From: Naegleria gruberi | Lineage: Eukaryota | DNA length: 64,000 nt | Assembly (NCBI GenBank): GCA_000004985.1 | Contig: GG738915.1 | Direction: 5' to 3' (one strand) | Part shown: one piece after another, positions 43,901 to 55,114 of the stretch | Numbering within the stretch: position 1 is the stretch's first letter | Layout: each line of letters begins with the position of its first letter | The notes under the pieces: generated by a model | What the model saw: only the letters and a program-made list of their open reading frames with translations | The model's database searches: none | Told to the model about the DNA's origin: nothing | Translations under genes and position numbers: made by a program

Positions 43901-45049
43901 GAGGATGGTTACCAACTTTCACCTTCCGGTATTTACACTGTTCCAAATGGAGATAAGAAACATAGTGAATATATTCAAACAATCGAAAAATTCCCATCAA
44001 GCGAAACTCCAGAAGTATTTGGTTTGCACGAAAACGCTACCATTAGTAAGGATCAAACTGAGTCTAAACTAATGTTTGATGCATTACTTACCACTCAACA
44101 AAATAGTGCTCCTGAAACCAATGATGAAGATGACATTAATGAAAATTCTCATGAAACTGAAGTACTTTACGAATTAGCAGCAGATATCTTGACTAAACTC
44201 CCTGACAACTTTATTATTGAAGGAGATGGTGGCGCAGAGGCCAAGTTCAAGGTTGACTATCACGAAAGTATGAACACTGTATTTGTACAAGAGTTAATTA
44301 GATTTAACAAACTTTTGAATGCTATTAGAAACAGTCTTCAACAATTACAACTTGCATTGAAAGGTCTCACAGTCATGAGTAGTGATTTGGAACAATTGAG
44401 CAAGTCTCTTTCAAATGGTAAGGTACCTCTTGTATGGAGCAAGGCCAGTTATCCTTCTAGAAAACCTCTCAGAACATATATCCAAGATTTGATTAAGAGA
44501 ATTGAATTCTTTAATAATTGGTTTATTCATGGTAAACCATCAGTGTATTGGTTGAGTGGTTTCTACTTTACCCAATCATTCTTGACAGGTGTAAAGCAAA
44601 ACTTTGCCAGAAAGAATAAGATTGCTATTGACCAAATTGATTTTGAATTTGAAATTTTGGACAAGTACTATGAAGAAAACATTTCCTTGCCAGAACCAGA
44701 ATGTGGTTGCTATGTTTATGGATTGTTCTTGGAAGGTGCTGCTTGGGATAGAAAGAAGAAGTGTTTGACAGATCCAAGACCAAAACAATTGTTTGATGAA
44801 ATGCCAATAATTTGGTTCAAACCTGTAGATCGTAGTGTTGAACAAACAGAACCAACAAGTTCAGAGGTTAAAACCAAATCTAATACCTATGTTTCACCAC
44901 TCTACAGAACTAGTGAAAGAAGAGGTACCCTCACCACAACTGGTCACTCGACTAACTTTGTGATGAGTATCAAGTTGCCAATGGCCTCAGATAATAATGA
45001 AAAGTATTGGATTAAGAGAGGATGTGCCTTACTTTGCCAACTTGATTAA
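31986..45049 (+). CDS. Axonemal dynein heavy chain, inner-arm (single-headed) type, ~4292 aa, with one frame discontinuity
   Basis: join(31986..32117,32164..32291,32344..32607,32655..32814,32856..42365,42365..45049). Four 5' introns (46, 52, 47 and 41 nt; donors GTAAGT, GTAAGA, GTATGT, GTTTGT) keep the frame. After that there are ~12.2 kb without introns. AAA1 P-loop [20 protein letters not shown] (36813-36836); GAPEG is the inner-arm flavour. AAA2 GFPMSGKT (37656), AAA3 GPTGTGKS (38721), AAA4 GVGGSGRQS (39852). A coiled-coil stalk and a conserved C-terminal domain follow. The two long ORFs (frames 0 and 2) join only by a -1 shift at the A5 run 42361-42365, giving ...TTKEK|MLDDDTVINTL... Confidence 0.9.
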
Positions 45050-45129
45050 TTTGTATTAAAATAAAACATTAGAAAGATAAATAAATTAATGTTATTTATG
45101 TACATTAGAGTTAGAAAGTTAGAGAAAAA

Positions 45130-46503
45130 TTAGGCCCAAATAGCAATAATTGCCATAGATGCAAAACCGAGTGCCATAAGAATGAATCTAGACAACTTTA
45201 AAAACTTATTCTTAGGTTGATGGATTGCAATTTCCATCAAAGCAACATATAAGAATGCTCCAGCTGCAATAGATAAAAGTGTACCTTGAGCAACTTTCCA
45301 GCTGTTATTTTCTAGTGCTTGTTCATTTTGGACTGAATGAATAATAATCAAACCAATTGCAATACCAACAGGAACAGAAGCAGCATATAAGAATAAAAGA
45401 GCCAGAGCAACGAAAATATTCTTACAGCCCTTTTCAACAATAGCTCCCAAAGAGAATGCTTCAATAAATTGGTGCGCCACAATGGCAGCAAAGATACTCC
45501 ACATATTTCCCAAATCAGTTTCAGCACCAAAACCCAATCCAATGAAAATACTGTGAGTTGATAAAGCCAACCATAAAACTATAGCTGTAAGTACGAGAGG
45601 AACACCAGATTTGTGATTAGTTTCAAATAACATTTGAGTAGCTTCATGGTGAGCACATCCTGTATGGTCTCCATGACCGTGACCATGTTCATGATGCACA
45701 TGATGTTGATCACATACGGTTGGTTCATTGGTGGTTGTCTTTTCAATTTGTGGTGTTTCTGGGTTTTCCAAATCACCCTCCTCTTCATTTTTAACTTCAA
45801 TGTCATCACTATCAACAGGTGAGCTTGGTGTTTCTTCCTTATGAGGTTTAACCATTTCAATTTCATCCACACAACCAATTGTTGATATTGAAGGTGGTGG
45901 GGATTTAGCTCCATTGGATGTAAGTGTTTGATGCTCCTTATGGTCATGACCATGTGAATGATCACAATTACTGTGTGAATGAGAGTGTCCGTGGGAATGA
46001 CCATGAGAGTGGCCATGGTCATGTTCGCCTGCCTTAAACCATTTCGATAAGAATGCCAACAAGACAAATTCCAATCCGTACAACACCAAAAATGCAAGAC
46101 ACATTGTAAGAGGCCCTATTGGATAGGCAGAACTTCTACTATCTCCCAAACTTTCCAATCCCTCTGAGATTAACTCTCCACCTTCAGCCATCATGTGTAA
46201 AATACCAACACTCAATAAAACTCCTCCTGCAAACCCATTACATTGATCAATGGCAATGCTTATATATCCTGAATTAATTCTCTTTTTAAAATATTTCACT
46301 CTCGAAAATAGTATAGGAACCAATGAAATGAGAAAGCTGCCAATTAGCAAGCCAAATAAGGTTCCCAATTTGGCTCCCAACAATGTTGCCTCCACTGATG
46401 GATCTATTGATGTAGAATTATTCATTGTTTCGTTATCAGTACTCTCCTGAAGTACATTTAAGAGTGGAAATGTGCCACTTTCTATTGGAATCTGTTCATA
46501 CAT
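45130..46503 (-). CDS. ZIP (SLC39/ZRT-IRT-like) divalent metal transporter with two His-rich loops
   Basis: Single 457-aa ORF with a true ATG at 46503. His-rich tracts: HDHGHSHGHSHGHSHSHSNCDHSHGHDH and HHVHHEHGHGHGDH. ZIP signature helices: HSIFIGLGFG and AHQFIEAFSLG. About 8 hydrophobic segments. Confidence 0.85.
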   Translation of the reverse strand: MYEQIPIESGTFPLLNVLQESTDNETMNNSTSIDPSVEATLLGAKLGTLFGLLIGSFLISLVPILFSRVKYFKKRINSGYISIAIDQCNGFAGGVLLSVGILHMMAEGGELISEGLESLGDSRSSAYPIGPLTMCLAFLVLYGLEFVLLAFLSKWFKAGEHDHGHSHGHSHGHSHSHSNCDHSHGHDHKEHQTLTSNGAKSPPPSISTIGCVDEIEMVKPHKEETPSSPVDSDDIEVKNEEEGDLENPETPQIEKTTTNEPTVCDQHHVHHEHGHGHGDHTGCAHHEATQMLFETNHKSGVPLVLTAIVLWLALSTHSIFIGLGFGAETDLGNMWSIFAAIVAHQFIEAFSLGAIVEKGCKNIFVALALLFLYAASVPVGIAIGLIIIHSVQNEQALENNSWKVAQGTLLSIAAGAFLYVALMEIAIHQPKNKFLKLSRFILMALGFASMAIIAIWA

Positions 46504-47004
46504 ATCTGAAACTGTTTTGCAATTTACGGTAAAAAATTTGCGCTGTTAAATATTCGTGCCGAGAATCCTTTGAAAAAAAACGCGATAAAAAAAAGCTGAA
46601 AATCGAGGCTGTTTCTCGTTGTCTTATTTTTTTTTGAACCAATTTTTCACCACTCTTATTGGGGCGCAATATTTTACAATGAATTGTTCCGAAGTGTAGG
46701 AACATTACGTGCCACCTTCAATATTTTGATTTAATACTAGTAGTGAAGAGATCAACCGGTTCAATGAGTCACAAACGTTTTGATCCGTGTTCAGCTTATG
46801 TTCATTAATCTACAACAACTTTGTATCGACCTTATTCTTTTTTTTAATGAAGGTTTCTTAATATTGTAAGGATTATTGATGTTGGTAAATTACAGATGCT
46901 TTATGATTAAAAAAAGATCAATCCACAAAATCTTGGAAATAACATAGATAGATCTCCTTTTATGCTAATTTCCACCAATGAATGGAATAATCAAATAAAA
47001 AAAA

Positions 47005-47973
47005 ATGTGTGCCTTCCACATCAAGAATCTCTTCTCCTACTCGACATTGGATACTGACAATAATCCAATCTTGGGCAAACGATTGGATGAATCTCCCATT
47101 CACTACTCACACTTTGTTCCAGAACAACAACAATTTGGTATCTCTCTGTTGGGAGTGAGAGGTTCCGGTCGAACCACTCTCATGTTTCAATATGCTATGG
47201 GAGTGTTGAAGAATGATCCCGATACTTCTAGTACTGTGATGATTCTGTTGCATCGAAATTCATCACCACCTCTTCCGATATTTGATGAGGAGGATCCACA
47301 AGTTCTCAATATGCTGAAGCGCATCGAAGTTAAATATATTGATACGTATAATTTATTGGTAGCCTTCTTAGCCAATATTCAATTGTTGGATGACATTTCT
47401 CTGCCTCGATATTTATTTGTTGATAATTTATCAGCCTTCTTTGCTTCTCATCAGAAGGATAATCCACATCTTTCCATTATTAATGTGTTGAATGATGAAG
47501 AGGATGGAGGAGAGGAATTTAATTTTGCTCTCCTACCAGAGAATAATCAACAACAATCCACCACGAATCAACTCTTTGGTAGACAATCAACAACAACAAC
47601 AGCCCAATCATCTAATAACAATCCAGGCTTGGAGGCTCTTCATATTAGAGCTTTTGCTCTCCTTCAGAATGTCTGTGTCTTTCTTTCAAAGAAGTTTCCA
47701 TCATGTTATCCAAACTTTATGGTCACAGACTCGGACGAGACTTTTCCATTCTACTCGAGATGGTGTCCTATTGTTGTTACTATTGATCATTACAGGGAGG
47801 AAAATCAACAACAACCAATAACAAATCAACAAAAGAACAAATCTTCTTCCTTCATTGTTAAAGTTTCATCAATTAATGAAGTGAATGATCCGTATCGTAT
47901 GAAGGCTGTTTTTCAGCTTTCTGATAGTGAATGTTTGTTGAACAAGTTAGATTTTGCTCTGCCAGCACTTTAG
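47005..47973 (+). CDS. RecA-fold-like protein with degenerate Walker A/B motifs, possibly a SWSAP1/Shu-complex-type RAD51 paralogue
   Basis: Single 322-aa ORF with a true ATG. ISLLGVRGSGRTTLMFQYAM is Walker A-like (GSGRT). PRYLFVDNLSAFF is Walker B-like. The order of blocks resembles my recollection of SWSAP1 (LLLLGTPGSGKTALLF ... IRFQY ... LLLLDGLEEY). The family assignment is from memory only. Confidence 0.4.
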   Translation: MCAFHIKNLFSYSTLDTDNNPILGKRLDESPIHYSHFVPEQQQFGISLLGVRGSGRTTLMFQYAMGVLKNDPDTSSTVMILLHRNSSPPLPIFDEEDPQVLNMLKRIEVKYIDTYNLLVAFLANIQLLDDISLPRYLFVDNLSAFFASHQKDNPHLSIINVLNDEEDGGEEFNFALLPENNQQQSTTNQLFGRQSTTTTAQSSNNNPGLEALHIRAFALLQNVCVFLSKKFPSCYPNFMVTDSDETFPFYSRWCPIVVTIDHYREENQQQPITNQQKNKSSSFIVKVSSINEVNDPYRMKAVFQLSDSECLLNKLDFALPAL

Positions 47974-48537
47974 GAATTATTTTCACATGAGAATTAGTTT
48001 GATGATTGGATTCAGGACTAACAATAACATATTATAGGAGAAGATTGCTACCAAACAATCTAATTTTGATATTATGGAAGGATGACAGGTATCTGTAGTT
48101 TCGCTCAATTGTATTAAACAGTTGTTGAAATTTCAATATCGTGCTTGAATCAACTTAAAGTTTGGGATTGAAGACGAAAGAGCTCCAAGCTTCAACAGCA
48201 GCTGGTTAACATTTTCAAATTGAATTGTCTCTCATAGAAATGATAATAAACCAGCGTGACGTGCTTCTTCTTTCCAACCTCTGATTTATATTTAGAAATC
48301 CATTAAAAAAATTAATAATTTTTGTTGTGGTGTTTTTAGAGTTGGAGGAATCATCAATAACACACAACACTACAATAAGTGCAATTTTATCATCATCATA
48401 CGTGTAGTTTGTGCTAGTCAATTTGTGTCCTGATCATAATATAACAACAACAACAATATTATCATCAGCATTAACAACATAATCTAGGAAACTAATAATA
48501 GTATTTTAATAGCATCATCACCAACAATAATAACAAG

Positions 48538-51500
48538 ATGAAGAATCGTATGTCTGTTGTGGATATCCGTTGCATTGTCGCGGAGTTGAGAGAACAATTG
48601 ATTGGTATGCGTTTGGCCAATCTTTATGACATTAACAAAAAGACTTATCTACTTAAATTTGCAAAAACTGATGAAAAGATTGTTGTTCTCATCGAATCAG
48701 GTATTAGAATTCATAGTACTGCTTTCGAAAGAGATAAATCAAAGATGCCAAGTCCATTTGTTTTAAAGGTAGGTTGTGATTTTCAAAGAAAATTCTTACA
48801 CAAATTATTTTCATCATGAAATAGATGAGAAAACATATTAGAACAAGGAGATTGGAAAAGTTGGAACAATTGGGAGTTGATCGTGTTGTTGATTTCACTT
48901 TCGGAGCTGAAGAAAAGGCATACCATCTTATAGTTGAATTCTTTGCAAAGGGTAACGTCGTTCTGACAGATTACCAATATAAAATCATTAGTATTTTACG
49001 TACACATAGTAAGGAAGCTGAGGCTGGTTTGTTTGCTGTGGGAGAAACATATCCAATTACAACTCGTTTACAATCTGATGGAATTTCAAAGCCAACTCTT
49101 GCACAAACAATCAAGACAGCTATAGAAAAGGAAAGAAATGCAGCCCTTGCACCAACAGAGGAAAATCCAGAAAATCCACAACCAACTCAAAAGAAGAAAC
49201 AACAAAAGAAAGCTCCAGCAGTTCCAACATTGACAGTGAAAAATTTATTGAATAATTATTTGGATTATGGTACAGGTTTTGTTGAACATTGTCTTTTGAC
49301 TGCAGATGTACTTGCATCTAATTTGAATTTACTTGATAATGCACATCCTGATACACTCAAATTAATTTCCGAGGTTGACAATGTCATTGCTTCATCCAAC
49401 GTTGAAACTCCAATTTTGGATAAGCTTGTATCTGCATTTAAACAAGTGGACGATTTCATTATGAGGATTAAGACTGAAAAACAAAGAGGTTATATTCTAC
49501 TGAAAGAAATTGTTCAACAACAAGTTTTGGATGAAGTTACTGTGGAAAATCCATTCCTTCCACCAAAGAAAGAACCAACCGAAAACGGTGAACCATCCTC
49601 AGAGGAACCTGTTGTTGAGCCTGAGATTGTATTGAACGATTTGCAACTCAAACAGATTGAGCTCATGAAGCAAGAAAAGAGGTTGTCAATTAAGAGAGAT
49701 CAATACGATGACTTTACACCATTTCTTTTTGAACAAGTCAGAAGAAAGATTCCTGCCGATAAGAATCAAATCAAAGTCATTGAATTTGACTCATTCGACC
49801 GATCTGCCGATGAGTTTTTCTCTGCCATTGAAGCTAAAAAGATTGAATCTCAAAAGTCAAGTATTGAAAATACAGTTGAAAAGAAGATGAGCAAGGTTAA
49901 AAGAGAACAAGAACTCAAATTGCAAGAATTGCAAGCCTCTTTCGATAAGTATGAAACAATTGCCACCTTGATTGAAACCCACTATGAGATTGTTGATCAA
50001 GCTATCCAAGTTATTTGTTCTGCTCTTGCCCAATCTCAATCATGGGAAACCATCAAGCAAATTATTAAGGAACACAGAGATGTGGATCCAATTGCTGCCA
50101 TGATTCACAAACTTAAATTGGAATCCAGTCAAATTACCGTTACCCTTCCTCCTCCATCTATCGATGACGATGATGAAGACGAATTTGAATATGAAGAATC
50201 AGATGAAGAAAATGATGATGAAGACGAAGAGAGTGATGATGAAGAAAAGAAGGAAAAGAAATCAGACAAGAAAAAGAAGGAAGAACCAATGAGAATTGAT
50301 ATTGACATTTCCTTGACAGCCCACGCCAATGCTGCCAAATACTACTCTCTCAGAAAGAAATCTGGAGAAAATAAGGAAAAGGCAGCTTTTGCTTCCAAGA
50401 AGGCCATTAAAAAGACCGAACAAAAGACTCTCGAATCTGCTAAAAAGTCTCAAATCAAATCAGAAATTACAATTAGAAGAAAGAGATTCTGGTTTGAAAA
50501 GTTCTATTGGTTTATCACCTCTGAGAATTATCTTGTTCTTGGTGGTCGTGATGCTCAACAAAACGAATTGGTTGTCAAGAGATATATGAGAAAGGGTGAT
50601 ATTTACATTCACGCTGATGTACATGGTGCTTCATCTTGTATCATTAAGAATCCAACGGGTGAACCAATTCCACCGCTCTCACTTCAAGAGGCTGGTATGT
50701 TTTGTGTTTGCAGAAGTGTTGCTTGGGACAATAAGGTAATGTCAAGTGCTTATTGGGTTTATGACCATCAAGTATCCAAGACAGCTCCAACTGGTGAATA
50801 TTTGACTGTTGGTAGTTTCATGATTCGTGGTAAGAAGAATTTCTTGCCTCCATCTCCTTTGGTTATGGGCTTTGCAGTAATGTTCAAAGTTGATGAATCA
50901 TGTATTCCAAATCACATTCAAGAGAGAAAACCAAGAATGTCTATAGAGGAAGCCTCTGAATATCTGACAAAGGTATCAGACTCTTTTGCTAATGATTATT
51001 ATGATAATGAATCGACCACTACTGGTACATTGGAGGAGGAAACTTCTACTGAAAAGAAGGAAGAAACCACCGTAACTACCACTACCTCTGCCAATGAAAC
51101 CACTGAAGAAGAGACAGATCCAGAAGTTAATCACAGCTCCAAAGTAACTAATGAAGAAATTCTTGAAATTGAAGAGGAAGATAATCAAAATGAGGAAGAA
51201 GAAAAAACTGAAGGAAATGATAAGAAGAGAGCTCTCTCTGCCAAGGAAAAGAAAATTTTACAACGTTTAAAGAAGAAGGGTATGACCGAACAAGCAGCCA
51301 GAGAGCTCATCATTTCTGGTCAAGCGACTGAAGATTCCAAATCTCAAAAAGAAGATGCCAAGAAACAAGACGAAGAAACCGAGGATAGTGAAAATACTGA
51401 GAATGACAAGTCAACTCTTCCAACCCACAAACCAAAGGGTATGAAGAGAGGTAAATGGAAGAAGTTAAAGACCAAGTATGCTGACCAAGACGAAGAAGAA

Positions 51501-52034
51501 AGACAAGTAATGATTGAATTAATTGGTAACAAGCCAAAGGAAAGACCAAAAGAAGATGAAATGAAGCAAGTACAAAAGAAGAAGGAAGAAGAACAACGTA
51601 AGAAGAAACAAGAACAAGCAGAAATTAAGAAATTCCTTGCCGATGAAAATATTCCTTTCATGGATGATGAAGATAAGGAAAAGCTTACTGAAATCGACAG
51701 TTTGACAGGTCAACCAAGAGATGACGATATTTTCTTATTTGCCATTCCAGTTTGTGCTCCATATACTTGCCTCAAGAATTATACCTATAAGGTCAAACTC
51801 GTTCCAGCAGGTACAAACACAAAGAAAGGTAAGGTTGGTAAGGAAGCTATTGCAATCATGAGATCAGAATCCAAGAACTTGCCAATGGTTGAGGCTTGCA
51901 TCAAATCAATTGATGAAGCTGATATTGGTGGTTGTTTGGTTGGTAATTGTAGAATTGCCTCATCAAGGAAGAGTAACTTCAATCCTCAAAAGAAGAAGAA
52001 GAAACCAACCTCTTCCTCTTCAAAGGACGAATAG
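48538..52034 (+). CDS. NEMF: NEMF/Rqc2/Tae2 (ribosome quality control complex subunit, NFACT family)
   Basis: join(48538..48768,48825..52034), 3441 nt = 1146 aa, with a 56-nt intron GTAGGT..ATAG in phase 0. The N-terminus MKNRMSVVDIRCIVAELREQLIGMRLANLYDINKKTYLLKF...ESGIRIHST...RKHIRTRRLEKLEQLGVDRVVDFTFG closely parallels the conserved NFACT-N region. NFACT-R motif: FWFEKFYWFITSENYLVLGGRDAQQNELVVKRYMRKGDIYIHADVHGASSCIIKN. Acidic/basic coiled regions and a conserved C-terminal block (IPVCAPYTCLKNYTYKVKLVPG) are also present. Confidence 0.9.
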
Positions 52035-52228
52035 CCCTGTATTGTAATAAAATAATATATTTTGTGTAAATGATTCTTCATGAGTAGTAACTACTTTCAG
52101 TTATTTCCAGCAAAGCATGCCAACTATCCCTTATTATCTATTCGAAAGAAGGAACTTTGAATACAAAATCTCTCTTATTTTTTAAGGAACTAATTTTGGC
52201 GCCATCCTTAAAAACTTTTTCAAATAAA

Positions 52229-53134
52229 ATGATGCAACGAAGAACTCCCTCATCCAATACAACAACGACTACAACTGCTTCTAAACCCCTCTCACAGAGA
52301 TCATCTTCTACAACCCGAATCACATCTGGAGGAGGCCTTTCTTCAAGACAACCCTCATCAACGCCGAGTAGTCAGAACACTCCGCTCAATACAAGAGGAA
52401 CAAGGCTAACTTCAGCCTCATCATCAACGAGTAGTGGCAGCACAACAGCAAGGAGAGCTAATTCAACCAATGCAAGAGGAACTACGACAACGAAATCATC
52501 AGGAAGCAATGCAACGAATGGTATTCCAATGGAGTCAAAACCTAAAAAACTCTCCCAAGAACGATATGATAAACATAAAACAGCAAATCCATTCACTGCC
52601 AAGAATAAATTCAAAACAACTTTCGGAGGAGTTTACGAAGCTGGTGGAATACCTTGTAGAATACATCACACTGCTGCACATATGCATTTGAGCTGGGAAA
52701 AACCACTTCCTGACATACCTTATGATCCTCTCATTCTCACTGTGTCTGATGGTTTGAGAGAAACTGATCACCCTTATATTTTCATTGTACAAAAGGCATT
52801 TGAAGAGATGTGTAAAGCTGAGGAAGCTGCAGAAAAGATTATTCCACTATTGAGACAAATAACATCCTTCATCAGAATGGCACTGCAGAGTAAGGAGAAT
52901 GTGATATTTGAAAATGCATTGTCTGCTGTTCAACATTTGACTGCCTGTGTTGGAGATGCCATCATTCCACACTTACCTCTTGTGCTTGTACAGATCAGTA
53001 AGAAGACATTTGATAAGAAATATGCAAATAAGATCATGGATATACTGCAAAATATTGAGCAATCATGCGAAAACTCTGCAGAAGTTGTCAAATTAATTAA
53101 GGCAAAAGTGCCAACCTATGTAAATATTCGCTAG
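52229..53134 (+). CDS. PACRG: PACRG (parkin co-regulated gene protein; axonemal doublet inner-junction protein) with an S/T-rich N-terminal extension
   Basis: The ORF track begins at TTG 52157; the first ATG is 52229 (MMQRRT). The conserved core is collinear with PACRG as I recall it. It runs FGGVYEAGGIPCRIHH...LSWEKPLPDIPYDPLILTVSDGLRETDHPYIFIVQKAFEEM...IIPLLRQITSFIRMALQSKENVIFENALSAVQHL...VKLIKAKVPTYVNI. The C-terminal VPTY motif is retained. Confidence 0.8.
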   Translation: MMQRRTPSSNTTTTTTASKPLSQRSSSTTRITSGGGLSSRQPSSTPSSQNTPLNTRGTRLTSASSSTSSGSTTARRANSTNARGTTTTKSSGSNATNGIPMESKPKKLSQERYDKHKTANPFTAKNKFKTTFGGVYEAGGIPCRIHHTAAHMHLSWEKPLPDIPYDPLILTVSDGLRETDHPYIFIVQKAFEEMCKAEEAAEKIIPLLRQITSFIRMALQSKENVIFENALSAVQHLTACVGDAIIPHLPLVLVQISKKTFDKKYANKIMDILQNIEQSCENSAEVVKLIKAKVPTYVNIR

Positions 53135-53340
53135 TAGTAAATCAGTTTTTAAGAATTAGAATTGCCAAAGTTAATTTATTTAAAAACCAATTTTAGCTTT
53201 TGTAGAAACGAAATTATTATGAAGAGCTTTTACAAAAATTCAATGAGAACTGTTGTAAATGTTCAAATAAACAAAGCCTATAAAACATTACTAGTATTCT
53301 TAATAATATTAAGAATACTATTAATACTAAGTAAACTTGC

Positions 53341-54921
53341 TTAACAATCCGTTAGTTGCAATTGTGGGAAAATGTCCTTAAGTGAACTTGATGAAGAACA
53401 AGTAGAAAACCTATTGCCCATCAAAAGTAGTACTTTTAGTTTAGAAAATACTGGCTTTTTAAATAGGGGGATAGCAATCGTAGGCAGGAAATTGGAGGTT
53501 AAATTCAACACTTCTAAATTCTCAAATTTTCCTTCTGATAAGAAGTTGATACCTCTTGTCTTGATTCTATTAAACGAAAGATTCAATTCCTGTAATGATT
53601 TCAAAGTATCACAAGCTAAATTCTCACATCCAAAACATGTGATACAATTTCTATTCAGCTTGAGCTTTTTCAGATTTGAAAACATTGGTGATTGAAATAC
53701 TACACAACCTTCATCTCCAAAGAAATTACCTTCCAACGATAATTCACTAAGATTATTCATTATTCCTTCAGAGAGGTAAATCATTGCAGAACTATTGATT
53801 TTGGCATCAGCTATTTTCAGAGTTCGGATTTCTTTCAAACCTTTTGAAATAAAACTTGCTCCTTCGTATCCAAGTGGATTTCCTGTCATGTCCAAATGAG
53901 TTATACTCTCAAAATTCCCAATATTCTTGCATGCTGATCCAGGTATATTGTTTCCAACAATAATTAATTTCCTCATACTTGTATTTTTCTGACTGCACAA
54001 TGATTCAAAACCTTCTTCAATATTGTTAAATGATAGATCGAGATATTCCATATTCTGGAGACAACTAGATAAGTATTTAGCACCCTCTGAGCTGATACAA
54101 TTATGAGAAAGATCCAGTATTTTCAAGTTAGTCAGATTTGATAATTCTTTGCACGAGTCAAGTTCAATTGCACTGGCAGTTACTGAGAGAGAATAAACAT
54201 TGGAAAGGGTATTATTTCTGGCAAGATTGGAAAATCCATAATCACTGATCATGCAATGATCCAGTTTAAGTTCCTGCAAAAATGGTTTTGGAGTTCGTGA
54301 AAATTCCCTACATGCAAAATCTGTAATCCTCAATCCATGAATTTCTAATTTTCTGATATTATTTAAATTACCCATTACTGTTTCAATGTATGCATTTTCT
54401 TGTTCATTGAAAATATTAATAAATCCACAGTCATGCAAACTCAGCTCTTGAATGTTTGTGAAATGTCTACAAACACTTGCTACCAGTACACAATAGTAAT
54501 TTGTATTCTTAACCATACCAGTAATGGTATCATGGTAAAGGCTAGTTGCTGTTTGTGCTGAAGCATTAAACCACTTTTTACAAACCATTGCACACTTGGC
54601 CAATGATTCAAACTCTAAATACGAAAAAATCTCCATATAAAACAATTCATCTGGCACTTCATTCAAATGAGATAATATCAAACTTTGTTTTTTTCGTTTA
54701 GAATCTTGCACCACAACAGACCTATCTTTCAATTCTTCTTTCATTTCTCTATGCTCTCTCTTTCTTTTCAATTGCTTTGTGTTCATTTTTCTTTCGGACG
54801 AAGAAGCATTACAACGTGAGGCTTGTTTTAAATTTGGAATCTCGTCAATATTTTTTGGATCAAAGGTAAAAACGTTGTTGGCTATTTGCGGAGTTCGGTG
54901 TACTAGCTTCATTCTGATCAT
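53341..54921 (-). CDS. F-box protein with RNI-type leucine-rich repeats
   Basis: The ORF track starts at GTG 54924; the ATG is at 54921. F-box: LNEVPDELFYMEIFSYLEFESLAKCAMVCKKWFN. About 14 repeats of ~28 aa follow with the L-x-x-L-x-L-x-x-N-x-I/L-x-x-x-G pattern, e.g. LKILDLSHNCISSEGAKYLSSCLQN. Confidence 0.8.
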   Translation of the reverse strand: MIRMKLVHRTPQIANNVFTFDPKNIDEIPNLKQASRCNASSSERKMNTKQLKRKREHREMKEELKDRSVVVQDSKRKKQSLILSHLNEVPDELFYMEIFSYLEFESLAKCAMVCKKWFNASAQTATSLYHDTITGMVKNTNYYCVLVASVCRHFTNIQELSLHDCGFINIFNEQENAYIETVMGNLNNIRKLEIHGLRITDFACREFSRTPKPFLQELKLDHCMISDYGFSNLARNNTLSNVYSLSVTASAIELDSCKELSNLTNLKILDLSHNCISSEGAKYLSSCLQNMEYLDLSFNNIEEGFESLCSQKNTSMRKLIIVGNNIPGSACKNIGNFESITHLDMTGNPLGYEGASFISKGLKEIRTLKIADAKINSSAMIYLSEGIMNNLSELSLEGNFFGDEGCVVFQSPMFSNLKKLKLNRNCITCFGCENLACDTLKSLQELNLSFNRIKTRGINFLSEGKFENLEVLNLTSNFLPTIAIPLFKKPVFSKLKVLLLMGNRFSTCSSSSSLKDIFPQLQLTDC

Positions 54922-55114
54922 CACGCGAAACCTTTTGTTGTTTTTTTATTTTTTAAAAATTTAAAAATTGTTTGTTCCTTTTTTTGTGCTATTTTGAGAG
55001 ATGGGAATTGCGATTCTTTTCCTTGATTGAACTCGCAGAAGTTTTATGGAACACTTTGTAAAAAAGACAAATGAATATGTTCTGAATTCTTAAATGGAGA
55101 GTTGGGAAATCAAG

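Noticed and set aside
45579-46097. A 172-aa alternative-frame ORF inside the ZIP transporter gene.
   Set aside because: It is generated by the CAT/GAC/CAC-rich His-loop coding repeats read out of frame. The ZIP frame carries the family signatures.
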